Below, in pieces: positions 36,018 to 47,222 of a DNA stretch of 64,000 bases. The DNA lies in the NCBI GenBank assembly GCA_002104905.1, contig MCFE01000349.1, forward strand, positions 1-64,000, in the 5' to 3' direction. This DNA comes from Basidiobolus meristosporus CBS 931.73 (lineage: Eukaryota > Fungi > Basidiobolomycota). The notes under the pieces are model-generated. The model was not told where the DNA came from and made no database searches. It was given only the letters and a program-made list of their open reading frames with translations. The translations under genes and the position numbers were made by a program. Every line of letters begins with the position of its first letter. The first letter of the stretch is position 1.

Positions 36018-36961
36018 ATGGGCGATCCACGCGGGATTAGCTTCTTTGGCATCTACGAAGCAACTCGAAGCAATCAGATCATTTACCTGTCGGAAAGTGT
36101 GAGTGACGCGTTGGGATTTGAGCCCGATGAGCTGGTGGGCAAATCCACCTTCGACTATTATCACCCCGATGATCTGACATGCGCATTGAATGTGTTTGAC
36201 GACTGCATCCGCAACCAGCGATTGGGCGCCATCATCCATGTACGCGTTCGAGGGAAGTTTGGCTGGGTTGAGATTGAGGTGGTCTGGAGTTTTTGTCACA
36301 ATATAATCTTTCATACGAATCGCCTGATACGAGGCCCCGACCGCTTTGAAGAGAGCAGAATGGGTAACTTGTCCACCGCCACAAGCTTAGCCGGTCACGC
36401 TAACCCCCTCTTGCTTCCCGCCAGGCTCTCCCATGATAGCGGCACAGCCGGGCTCTTCCGAATCGCAGGTAAGTCTCGCAGCAAACGTTCAGGATGCGCG
36501 TAGTAGCTGACCGTTGCCTCCAGAGCACTCAGGCGCAGATGAACCCACCTCTGGAGCTGGCGCATCCTGCCGCGGCGGTCTCCGAGCGCTTGAATTCCTC
36601 CACCGCGGAGCCACGCGTTGGCTTGGTGCTGAATCGGTTCTCGTACTATTGCTATATCCAATACTGCAGCGAGCTTGTAGGTTACATGTTTGGCATCAGT
36701 CAAAAGGAGATCCTGGGGAATTCGTTTCTGAGCTACATTCACCCGAGTGACCTCGAGAGGGTGGAGGAGCAACTGACCTGCATCAAGTCTCAGAACATCT
36801 TCCTACCGATCGCGTTCACCCTGGTCTCCCCCTATGGGGACATGCCAGTTCAGGGGGTGTTCAGCGCTACCATGGACGGGATCGTTGCCGTCATTCGCCA
36901 GGCCACTTCTCAGTTCCCCTTGGATTGTACTGTACATTATTTCGCAAGCGCCAACCGATAG
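36018..36961 (+). CDS. Tandem PAS-PAS protein, 275 aa, 3 exons (36018-36363, 36425-36468, 36524-36961)
   Basis: PAS1: IIYLSESVSDALGFEPDELVGKSTFDYYHPDD. PAS2: IQYCSELVGYMFGISQKEILGNSFLSYIHPSD. Introns GTAACT..GCTAAC..CAG and GTAAGT..GCTGAC..CAG give a continuous frame. Confidence 0.85.
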
Positions 36962-37573
36962 TCATAGAACACATAACAGAGCAGAAGCAGAAGCAGAAGT
37001 AGACGATCATAGATTCATCATAACGGCATAGAGCCACTTTATTGGAATTCTATTGATGCATAACGACGGAGCGGCATTCTCGAACTGTACATTCCTCGTA
37101 ATATTGTTGTATGGTCCATGATAGATATCCCCTAGATTAATCGTGTACAGCATTACACTTATTAGTGAAAGCGAAGGAGACAGCCTTCCCTTCTTCTCTT
37201 TTGAAATGTAAATAAATTCCCTGCCTCAGTCCATACATCTATCACATCGGTCAGCTGCACGCTTATCTCTCGAGGGGCAAGCCATCCCCGTACACAGACG
37301 CAGCGAGGGGAAATTCTAGACGGGACGCCTCCAGAAGAGAAAATTCGATTTGCAGATGAATTTCCTTTTCACTCATCGTAGCCCCTGCTATGATGTCCCA
37401 GCGGTAAGGAATTAGGCGAGGGAATGACGGGGCCATCTGTCCCAGAAATTCTCATACAATCAGCGGAGCATCCGATATCCAGCCAACTCCCAATGAAAAT
37501 CATGTGAAACCAGGAACCAGCCCAAATAGGAATCCAGTAGAAGCTAATGTGAAAGGATTAGTAACTGTCCCAG

Positions 37574-37598
37574 CAGGGCTAGGGTTAGGGTTAGGGTT
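37574..37598 (+). repeat. Short interstitial telomere-like repeat
   Basis: CAGGG-CTAGGG-TTAGGG-TTAGGG-TT. Confidence 0.6.
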
Positions 37599-37739
37599 GG
37601 CCAGGGCATGATTGGTTTAATAACAGGCACTACATTGATGCCAGACTCGCGTGTCGATAGTGTCGGAGTCCCACCGCGATTGGTGGGATTTGGCTGGCCG
37701 AACATTTCGATTATCAAGCTTTTAAGATCAAGTTAGTTT

Positions 37740-38400
37740 GGTTTTAATGGGTTGCTGCATTTAGCAGGATTCGCTTAATAATTTAATAATCCACCGATGA
37801 TTTGGCTGTCTGGCTGGAATTTCCTAATAACAACAAATCATCGGCGAATGCTGGCAAGGAAAAAAATTGAGTCATGCGTCTGGGCGTCCCAATTTGGAGT
37901 GACAATACCAAAGCGTCTGACATGGAAGTTAATAACCTCGGAGATCGACTTAATAAATGGCCGCGCCCAGGAAACCAATCACCGCCCGAAGGACTCAATG
38001 ACCCAACTATTCTTTTCCATCCAACCGACCAATCGCGCCCTCCTTGTGAACCGTAACAAATAACCCTAAATCCAGTGCGGATCCGTATCTTGTGTTGCTG
38101 CGTGTTTCGCCAGATCAGGCTTGTGAAACAGCCGGATTTATTAAGTAATTTCATTTGGTTAGACACGATGTTGACTTAATAATGGCTGATGGAGCCAGAG
38201 GTGTGTAATGAGGGAGGTTTTTACGATTTGCATGGTGTTTGGCAGGGCTTCGGACGGAGGGGACGAGGCGTTGGAATAACCTAGGTGGTGCGGATTCCAT
38301 AACTGTCAAGATATACCTAGACATCATCGATTGCCCCCAATTGGTGGAGTTCTATTTGAAACCCTGTGCATGCATCAAACCATTGCTGTGGATGTGGCGA
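37740..38400 (-). mobile_element. Highly degenerate non-LTR (LINE-like) reverse transcriptase relic
   Basis: Minus strand, in correct order across frameshifts: QGFK, DLAK...PHWI, SLPAFADDLLLLGNS, ANPAKC. Confidence 0.4.
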
Positions 38401-40025
38401 CTTGTATTATCAGGACGGTGGGTGAGAGAATGCAAAAGGGGCTCTGCGCACATAATGGATTACTGGAATTGTTGTTGCTATGGCTATGACTCGGTTCACT
38501 GTTACTATCAGCTATTATCAGCTGAAATCTAATGCACCTAGTAGATTAGGCGCTTGGACGTTACAACCGAATGCTTGTTAGTATGTTGATCATGTTATAG
38601 GAAAAGGCATTGGTAGATAAGCAAAAGTAGACATTCTGGCCTCTTTGGGTGAGTGCTAGAATTCTTTTCTATTTGTTGTGTAAATATTGCAATCGTCATC
38701 CCCAATGGCCATTTTCAACATTGTCCTGTTATCCGACTTGCAACATTACATCACCCGCATGCTACATAGGGCATCTCTTTGTATTATTGATGCAACTGAC
38801 TCACAGCGATGAGAACCACCATAAATGACGCTGCAGTGAGGTATTTCTGTGACGAATTGATTGCATTATATGAAAGAAGCGAAGATATTAAGAGTTGAGT
38901 TAGTGGAAGTACGAGCTGTTGGAGGGAAGTTGTTTAACACCTTTGTTCTTGCGGATCATTGGGGCATTCTCTTTCCCTTGAATTAACAGGGCAGTAGAGT
39001 AGAAGCGCGTAGCCATTCATCCTCTATAGTCTTCCATTGGTCATTTACCGATATGTTACGGCTGAACTTTAAACCTATTAATGTAAATAGTTCCTGAACC
39101 ACGTATACAATGTTCACCACGATGAGTCAAATTGATATTCATATAAATTTCACACTTGCAATTTGCTTACTGCGGCAAAGCATCCCCTTTCAAATACACT
39201 AAACATACTGATCGTGCAAAAAGGTGAACTTTGTTTCTTCGAGCTCTCTGTGTATAGTCAAAACTTTTATTTGTTGTAAACGATTGATTGGTCTCCAAAC
39301 TGCCCATATACTATGATTTAACACTTGGAGATCATAGATCAAATTGAAGCAAAAGCAAGGAAAACAATTGTCAATGTATTCAGAGAACACTTCAACTAAT
39401 GCTTTAACTTTCACTTTACCTGCTGGTGCTAGAAAGTAGCAAGAATTGACTGATTGCTAACGATTTAGAGTTCTCGGAGGTGATCTTTGCCATGAATGAT
39501 GAGTATAGTATAACTATTCATGTATTTCGATAGAGTACTTGTTCTCTATGAGACTAACCAGATCACTAGTTCTTTGGAGTTATGTATATACTAGAAGCAA
39601 CCATGTGGTACTAAAAATTGCACTGAGCTTCCTAGAACCTTACCCAGAATATACATGGCGATGATTTTATGAAGCCAACCCATATATTAATCTATACATG
39701 CAAGTCACACTCTGTCCAGTTGCAGTCCCACACTACACTTAACAATATTCACTTAATAGTCTGTTTAGGACCTAGTTACTTAGTATCGTATATGTGGCGC
39801 TCTCTTAGCTATGATATCAGTTATATTCTTAGTAGTTACAAAGGATATACACCAATTCCAGGAAATGATGAATACACTGGAATTTCTCAAAATTTTCAAA
39901 CCCCTTGAAAACACCATTGCCTTTTAGCACAACTTCTTGGGGCTTTTTTAAAAGCGCTCCTTACATTTATCAAGTACACCGAACTCGAATACTTTGCTCA
40001 ATTCAATGAATCAAAAAGCGGGAAT

Positions 40026-40344
40026 TGTTGAAAATTTCGTAATTGCACCTACGTATTCCATTCACTTCGCCACGTAGATCATAGCCTACAAGTCTTCAAG
40101 TATTTTGCCCAAGTTCCTTGTTGGGATTTACTTGGAATATTTCCCAAAGATATCAGGTACCCAAAGTCCCCCAAACTTTGCACATATGCTCCTGGGACCT
40201 TCCTAAACATATTCTACATGTTTGTTTTGCCAAGACCATGCAAAAGTAAAAACACTACTTTTACATTCATTAAATCATCAAGTGAAAACCATATAATCTA
40301 CTTGTTCACCTAATCACTTCCAATATCTCCACACTATTACATCA
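40026..40344 (+). mobile_element. Old isolated family-B LTR
   Basis: Aligns with the B LTR (TTCCTTGTTGGGATTTACTTGGAATAT...CCCCAAACTTTGCAC...AAATCATCAAGTGAAAACC). No TSD recognised. Confidence 0.75.
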
Positions 40345-40907
40345 GATTTCACCCTTCCAAAACTCCAAATCACTTTCAGCAACTAATACAAATCCAGTGG
40401 TAACCTTGAACAGTGCATTGGAAGAGGGATCATTTGGAAAATCCATGAGAGCTTTCAACTCGATCAAACACAAACACTGCGTTGCACACATTTGCACCAG
40501 CCCATTCAAGATCGCAGTTTGACCGTTAAACATAGTGTGGCAGTGTGGAATGATTGGGGATTAGTGGCTACATCACTGATAAAGAGGGTTGGTTCAAATA
40601 GTTGGGGCTCCAGCAAGAATTGAATGGGATAGAGTACCAGCGGAGACTGCGAGGGGAGAGAAGTGACGGAGATGGCGAGCAGACGATTGTTACACTGCAG
40701 CATTGATGCTGACCAAAGATTTACTTAACATGAGTCTAGCCTTCCTTACAGAGAATGGCGCTAAGGACATCAGAGAGACTATATATATATACCGTTGTGA
40801 ATATCATAGAGCTGGGTAAACCGACAAACTGACTAATAAGAATAGACATGCTGCGCTCCTATTACAGCAGAGATGAGAGGGATCAAGCGGATATCTAGCC
40901 AGCTCTA

Positions 40908-41627
40908 TCAGTGAAGATAGGCGAAATTGGATGGTTTGCCGGGAGAGACTTGCACCACTTCGACACGTTTACGCTCCATAACTCTCCTTAAGGAGTCCAT
41001 CAGTGGGTTCTCGAACTGTTGTATTCCCACGAATTCCCGTTGGATCCTTTCGGTCTCCTTGCTCAGACGAAGCTGATTCTTGGGATGGTGAAGGTAATTT
41101 GCATCGCCAGCGAGGAAGTGTTGTCTTTGGAGGAGAAGCTTTTGTTGTGTACGAGTCATGGCCGCTGTCTGGTTTGGGGAGGCGTCGGGGTTGTCTTTGG
41201 TACGAGGAAGGGAGGGGCCTGTGGAGGCGGGGTCTTCTTTGGGGGCGGTGCTTGGATGGTTAGTCGATGGGCTTGTTGGCTGGGTGGCTTTCTTAAATAT
41301 CGAAAAACTGCTGTCTTTTGGTGACTGTTCTGGCGACACGCCAGGGGATCTTTCTCTGCGGAACGCCGGTAGCGTTAGAAACTGGGATTTAAAGGGTGCT
41401 TGCTGTTGAGTACGTCCAGGCTTGGAGGCGACGGTGGCAGCAACCACCACCGCCTCTTTGGCTTTCGTTGGCCGAATGGAATTGCCGACCGCTGTGTGAA
41501 CAGTAATGCCAGACACGGGCTCCGTCAGAGCTACACTTAGACGTTTCAACTTATCCTGGAGAAAGCTCTCAGATGGGGTGCTCTCCTCTATTTCTGAGGC
41601 CTCCGGTTTTTCCTCCAAACTATTCAT
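40908..41627 (-). CDS. Tco89-domain protein (TORC1 subunit-like), 239 aa
   Basis: Low-complexity S/P/T-rich N-terminus. C-terminal TRTQQKLLLQR...HP...KETERIQREF...FENPLMDSLRRV matches the fungal Tco89 conserved motif. Confidence 0.7.
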   Translation of the reverse strand: MNSLEEKPEASEIEESTPSESFLQDKLKRLSVALTEPVSGITVHTAVGNSIRPTKAKEAVVVAATVASKPGRTQQQAPFKSQFLTLPAFRRERSPGVSPEQSPKDSSFSIFKKATQPTSPSTNHPSTAPKEDPASTGPSLPRTKDNPDASPNQTAAMTRTQQKLLLQRQHFLAGDANYLHHPKNQLRLSKETERIQREFVGIQQFENPLMDSLRRVMERKRVEVVQVSPGKPSNFAYLH

Positions 41628-41981
41628 GGTGGGGATATGGTTGTTTTCGGGTGAGTTCCCTCGATAATCGGTGGGAAACCTAACTCCACTTGGTGAAGAG
41701 ACTTCAGCACGCCACCCTCTACAGAGAGTATTCACAGCTCATCTAAACTGGGTGGTACAAGGGAATAATGATGGTATTTCAGTGGATTGCCTATGGCATT
41801 GTTTTGTCAGCAATTCCAGGTAATGTTACATCTCATGAAGATGGATTCGATGATGTCTATCAACAAGTAACAACAATGGATTTATTTGCATGACTTTGAT
41901 TAACCTCAGGGATGTTTCTCTCCATGCATCCAGCACCCCCCAGACCTGGTGCATGTGGCGATAGACATGGCCGGGAGTAGC

Positions 41982-43313
41982 TCAACTACGGAACACATGC
42001 ACTAAACGAGTGATCGGCTCCCGACACAGCGGACATTCGTTTTTGGTTACCTTGAGCTTCTTGCCGCAGGTCATACATGTGGCCATATGACCACATTCCA
42101 GTATGACACAATTGATGGTGGCGTCGCAACAGATTCGACAAAGACTTTCAGGGTCGGACTGGGCGTACTCCGCTAATGAGGAGAAGCTCAGTGGTGAACG
42201 ATGCCTGCACAGATGTTGCTGAATACTTACACATTTCTGCCTTGAAGTTCTCCACCAACCGTTGGGCCCGGTTTACCAGCTCCTGCTTCTTCATCCCTCT
42301 GGGGAACGCAACACAGTTGTCTGTGAGGATCCCTTGCAAAGTGTCAACGGATAATGTGGCCACGTCGATTTTGTCTCGAATCAAGGATAACACAGACGGG
42401 GCTGTTTCTTGCGGACACGGTCTTAGGGCTACGTAGTCGCTTGCCCCTAGATCGATCTCATCAAAGCCGTAGAGCTGTGCTAGCATATACTCCAGATTGT
42501 AGAGATCTCTTTCGGACAATTCATCGCGCCGGCTTGGTGCATCTCGTGGCACGGGTCGCGGGGATGGCACTGGGATGTTGTTACGGAAATAGATCTCGCG
42601 TTCCTCGGAGATCGGCTGGTTGTCGTATACAATCGTCACCAGGCTTTCTTTCTCAGTGATATTTTCGGCTGGGAGATCATATGCTTGTATGTACATGTTT
42701 AACGCGTTGACCGACAAACCAGACAAACCATGTTTATCCATGGAAGACACTTGGATTGAAACGGGATCAGCTCGGCGGTTAGCCCATACTGCCTACTGAG
42801 TATACGTACTTTCGATTAACCGTGAGCAGTATCCACACACTTTCACCGGTCTGAAGCTTGAGGATTAGCAAGAGGCCTCGCAGTGTTGAGGAGAAAGTGT
42901 CTTACTGGACGTAGCCAAACTTGGGCAGGGGGAGGGTTTTCCTCGTACAGGCATGGCAGAAAACATTACCTAGCCCAGCCGCGGGTTAATTGGCTGCGCA
43001 AGTGGAACTGTGTAGAACGAGACCACTTACCGCAGTGATGACAATTGTACTAAGTATCCAACAAACGCAAAATACCCCCACAAACATATATCACGTTAAT
43101 AGGTGGAGCAAACAACACACAGATGGGCAGCAGCGTGGGTACCTTCTTTCGAAAAAAAGAAAACACGAGACCACACTGTATGCATGCATAGTATTCCTCT
43201 GGCTCCTTCAGCTTTGGAATAGAATGTACAAGCGGAGCGTGATAATTAAGACCTGGTTGCGGTGACTCTAGAGGTATATCTGCTGCGACCTCAAATTCTA
43301 TCTCCTCGAACAT
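41982..43313 (-). CDS. FYVE + RING (RNF34/RFFL-like) E3 ubiquitin ligase, 334 aa, 6 exons
   Basis: Exons 43313-43143, 43049-43031, 42969-42906, 42850-42810, 42749-42231 and 42172-41982 join in frame. FYVE-type [25 protein letters not shown]...VCGYC. Two SAP-like helical segments. C-terminal [29 protein letters not shown]...CPLCR. Confidence 0.88.
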
Positions 43314-43326
43314 GGATAAAACAGGA

Positions 43327-43428
43327 TCCAAAGCACACACAAAGAATACCTCCAAACCTCCAAATCCAAAGCACACACAAAGAATACCTCCAAACCTCCA
43401 AATCCAAAGCACGCACAAAAGATACCTC
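43327..43428. repeat. 38-bp tandem repeat, about 2.7 copies
   Basis: Unit TCCAAAGCACACACAAAGAATACCTCCAAACCTCCAAA at 43327, 43365 and 43403 (partial). Confidence 0.9.
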
Positions 43429-44106
43429 TGAATTAGTGGTCAACACTCGAAAGCGCTAAATCGGTGGTCCGCAGCACGAATTGGGAGCTGCAGAGAACAA
43501 TCAGTACAGAGGAAGAGCCGAGCAGGATTGGATCTGGCCACATGCATGGCCAATGTCATGTGACGTTGGTTTCAACCAAGGTCTAACACCCAACACCGGC
43601 TTGATGGAACGACTACCAGCAGCTGCGCTCTGGGCACCTCTATGATGTAGGACAAGGGAAATGCTCTCCTATCGCCCCTCCCCAAAAAACCAAAAGGGAG
43701 CTGAATCCATTGGAAGGCCAGATATTGACTGCCTTTGTACATCATTCATTTAATTGGCTTCTTTATTTGGGAAACATTCACTGAATAGCCCGGTTCAATC
43801 TAATGTTCATCCATACTGGCCATTCGATCAATGTTTAGCCTGCTGGATGCAATTCTGATCCGAATCACGAATCACGAATATGCGATGCTTAAGAGGTGGG
43901 GGTTAGGAGAGTTGGAGGGGTTAGATGGCATCCAACTCAACTCGATTAAATTAAGCTTTATCCTTTTATACTGTGCCTTAATCCTACCGAGGAATTCTCT
44001 TTATTCACCCGATATTCAAGTTACTTGCAACTTCTCTTTGGTTTCCTTCTCCTCTTGTGGGGATAAAGAGCAGTCACCTTCAGCCGTCTCCCCATTTGGT
44101 TCCCTA

Positions 44107-46957
44107 ATGTACAAATTACCTAATTCTTCCAAGGAGAGCACCAAATCTCAAACGCAGGGTCGTTCGTCACTGGACAGTTCCCAAAGAAATGTCCCGTCAC
44201 AGAGCAGACGCCCCCTGTCCTGTGCCCAACTTTCCTCCTCCCCCGACTCCCAATTGAGCACTCCCTTCGAGATCGAACGTCAGTTGCGTCGCTCCAAACT
44301 ACAGGATATTCGTCATAGACGCACCTCGAATCACATATACTCGTTTATTCGGATAAACGCTCTGGTGGATGACCTGCGTTTTCCGGTCACAAGCGCTCGC
44401 ACAAGCACCATTGAGGATCTTGCCAGACAAATCGAGGCTGAGTATGCGTTCAACTATTCTTGCTCCCCTGCTGCGCCTCTGGGGTCGGGTGGTGACTCAG
44501 AAGAGGAGTACGCCAAAATGGACCTATTGGGCCAGTTCGCAGAGTATGAGGAATTGGAGCCCAGTGAAAGCCAGCCGGCACCGCTGATATGCGGGTCGCT
44601 GTTTGTGGATCAGATAGAGCTTCGATTCTCGGATGTAGTTGGCGAGGTGCTGAACATGAACGATACTGTGCGGGTTGTTAACGTCTACGAAGGTAAATTC
44701 TACATGGTGGAGAATTGTGGTTCCATCAGCGGCTAACCCCATCTATGTGCATTGTAGCACCTGTGCAGAGTATTTCTCCAGTGAACAGAAGATCCTCAAG
44801 CTTCAGCGACAAGAAGCGGTGGTCTTTTCCTAGCATCAGACGGTCACTACGTGTCCATAGCCGGGTCCACTCTGCTACGGAATCGGAGATGTCTTACGGC
44901 TATGGGTCATCGATGGGCAAGAAGGACTGGAAAGACAGCTTCACGGAAGTCCTTGAAGAGCGGTTCCAAGGGATCCTGTTCAACAACACACTCTTGGGAT
45001 ACTTCCAGCAGTTCTGCCTGCAGCAGTATGCAATCGAGAGTTTGTTATTTTGGATCGAGGTCGAGCTATTTCGCAACACTATGTTGGCCTTGGTCCCAAA
45101 CGCCGCGCAGTACATCTATCAAACGTATATTGCCAAGGACTCGCCACTCCAAGTGAACCTTTGTGATGAAATTCGAAATGAGATTCCGGAAACTTTTGGT
45201 TCCGAGGATGATTACTTGCCGAACATCACGATCTTTGATGAGGCTCAGGAGTACATCTACGAAATGCTGATGCATCATACGTTTCAGTGTTTCGAGGAGT
45301 CGAGCTGCTACGAACAGATGCTGGATCAGTGTCAAGAGGGTAAGCTGCTATTTTCTAAATTGGGTTTCGCATGTCACACACTAATGCTCTGATGTGTATA
45401 GAATTAAATCGCCGTGCCAAATCAATAGTTCATCAGCCCCTGGACGGTCTCGCCATGAACATTGAGCTCATGGACAGTGTTCTTGCTGACATAAGGACAC
45501 ACCCCGACAAAATCCATGAGGGCTGGTTCAAGGAAGACGTATTGGAGCGCGTAATCAAGAACTACTTTCCTGATTGCCCCTTGAATGGTCACAATTACTT
45601 CTGCGATGGGAGAAGACTTACTTTGGCCCAAAAGCGCAGGAAAATGCAGCTGGAGAAGAAGCTCTCCAAATTCTTCGGCCAGCGTCTGACCGAGGAGGAG
45701 CTCACGCAGCAGCAGCTATTTGAGGTGATGAATTCGAGAAGGAATAGCGTCACCTCAATATCGAGTCTCCCGTCATACATCTCTTCCAAGGCCCCAGGAA
45801 AAAAGAAAAAGCTCGGGAAGCTGGAGAAGTTGGAAGGTTTCTTCGGGAAAAGATTGTCAAACACCCAGCTGGAGTATCAGAATCTGATCAGCCGTAAAGA
45901 GATGCACTTGCCCGCAGATTGCACTAATTGCCAAAGCATCCCACCAGAGTCGGCCCTTCCCATTTCAACTTACAACGATTTGTCTTCAGAAGAGCGCAGG
46001 GTTCTTACAAAACGTTCGAGGAAGCTAAAATGCTTACTCGGGGAGCCTATCGATGAGCAGACCGCTTTCAAATCTCTAACCTACCCAGTGATCAACCACA
46101 GATCTAGCGTTGATCTCGACGCCTGTTCGTTGACAGACACTGTGGTGAGTGATCCGTTGCCATCCCCAGCACCATTGTATCGACGGACCTCCAAGGAAGT
46201 CAAGCGCAAGAAGCTGGTCAAGTTGTATCAGCTGCTGGGAACCTACCCCTCCGTAGATGACGTCAAAATCAAATCGCTGGAAAGAAAAGAAAGTCTTCTC
46301 GATAGGAATGGGAAGCCACTTGCACCAGAGATCAAGCGTCTGCACCTGAAGAAGGCCAACAAGCTCGAGCGAGTCTTTGGCCAGCATCCGCCAAAGGATT
46401 TGATTGTCGATAAGAGCAATGATGCCACCCCCGAGAAAAGAACATCCGTGCTCTCGTTGTTGGTAGAGAATGATGCCTCTGTCGAGGACTTGGTGGAGTA
46501 CATTCAAGCCCTAACGTTGTTGAACGACAGTGATTCCCCTTCCACCGAAGATGAGGAGCTACCGTCATCGCATCAATACTCCAACTCAATCCCCAACCTC
46601 CCTACATATCTTGAAGAATCCGACAGAGAGCAGAAGATACTTGAGGAGCTCTCGGGTAGTAAAGCTACTCGTCAGCGGAAATTGGCCAAGCTTCGCCGAT
46701 TTTTCGGGAACGATCTGGGATTGGAGTCGTTGATCGCCCAAAATATCCTCCTGCGCCATCAGCTGGCTACTGAGGGATTGTATAGTTTACATGAAAGCTT
46801 GGAAGATCTTGGCCACCACAGCCTGGAGGATTTTGATTTAATCAACAACGAGACATTTGTTCGTACTGCCATGAAGAATGACCTTGAAATACTACGTCGG
46901 GAGGTAGAGGAGTTACACCGGCAGGCAAAATCCTCTTCCGCCATCGACGCAGTGTAG
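44107..46957 (+). CDS. RGS-domain protein, about 907 aa, 3 exons (44107-44692, 44758-45339, 45402-46957)
   Basis: RGS fold: FQGILFNNTLLGYFQQFCLQQYAIESLLFWIEVELFR...IYQTYIAKDSPLQVNL...IFDEAQEYIYEML...F..FEES. Canonical introns with CTAAC/CTAAT branch points keep the frame. The start ATG is inferred. Confidence 0.85.
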
Positions 46958-47222
46958 GTGCTCTCAGTAATATATCCCACGCCATGCTTTGTTAAATTAA
47001 TAATTCACATACAAACGATCCACTTCGGTTTTCATTTTGTAATCATCTTCATTCTCGAATTACTGCCGCCATTCGCAGAAGCTACTGTCTATCAACTAGT
47101 TGTGTATACTAAGCACCCACCCTCACTCTCATTCTCACCGCTTGAAATAAACGAATCATCACATTTATCTATTAGTGCTTGGATTGCCTCTATATATTAT
47201 ACTGGATATCGTGTTTGTTCGA

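Noticed and set aside
39480-39910. AT-rich LTR-like stretch
   Set aside because: No second copy, termini or TSD found in the window.
43831-44106. 5' extension of the RGS ORF reported in the ORF track
   Set aside because: Pyrimidine-rich, promoter- or UTR-like sequence with atypical composition. ATG 44107 is the more plausible start, though unproven.
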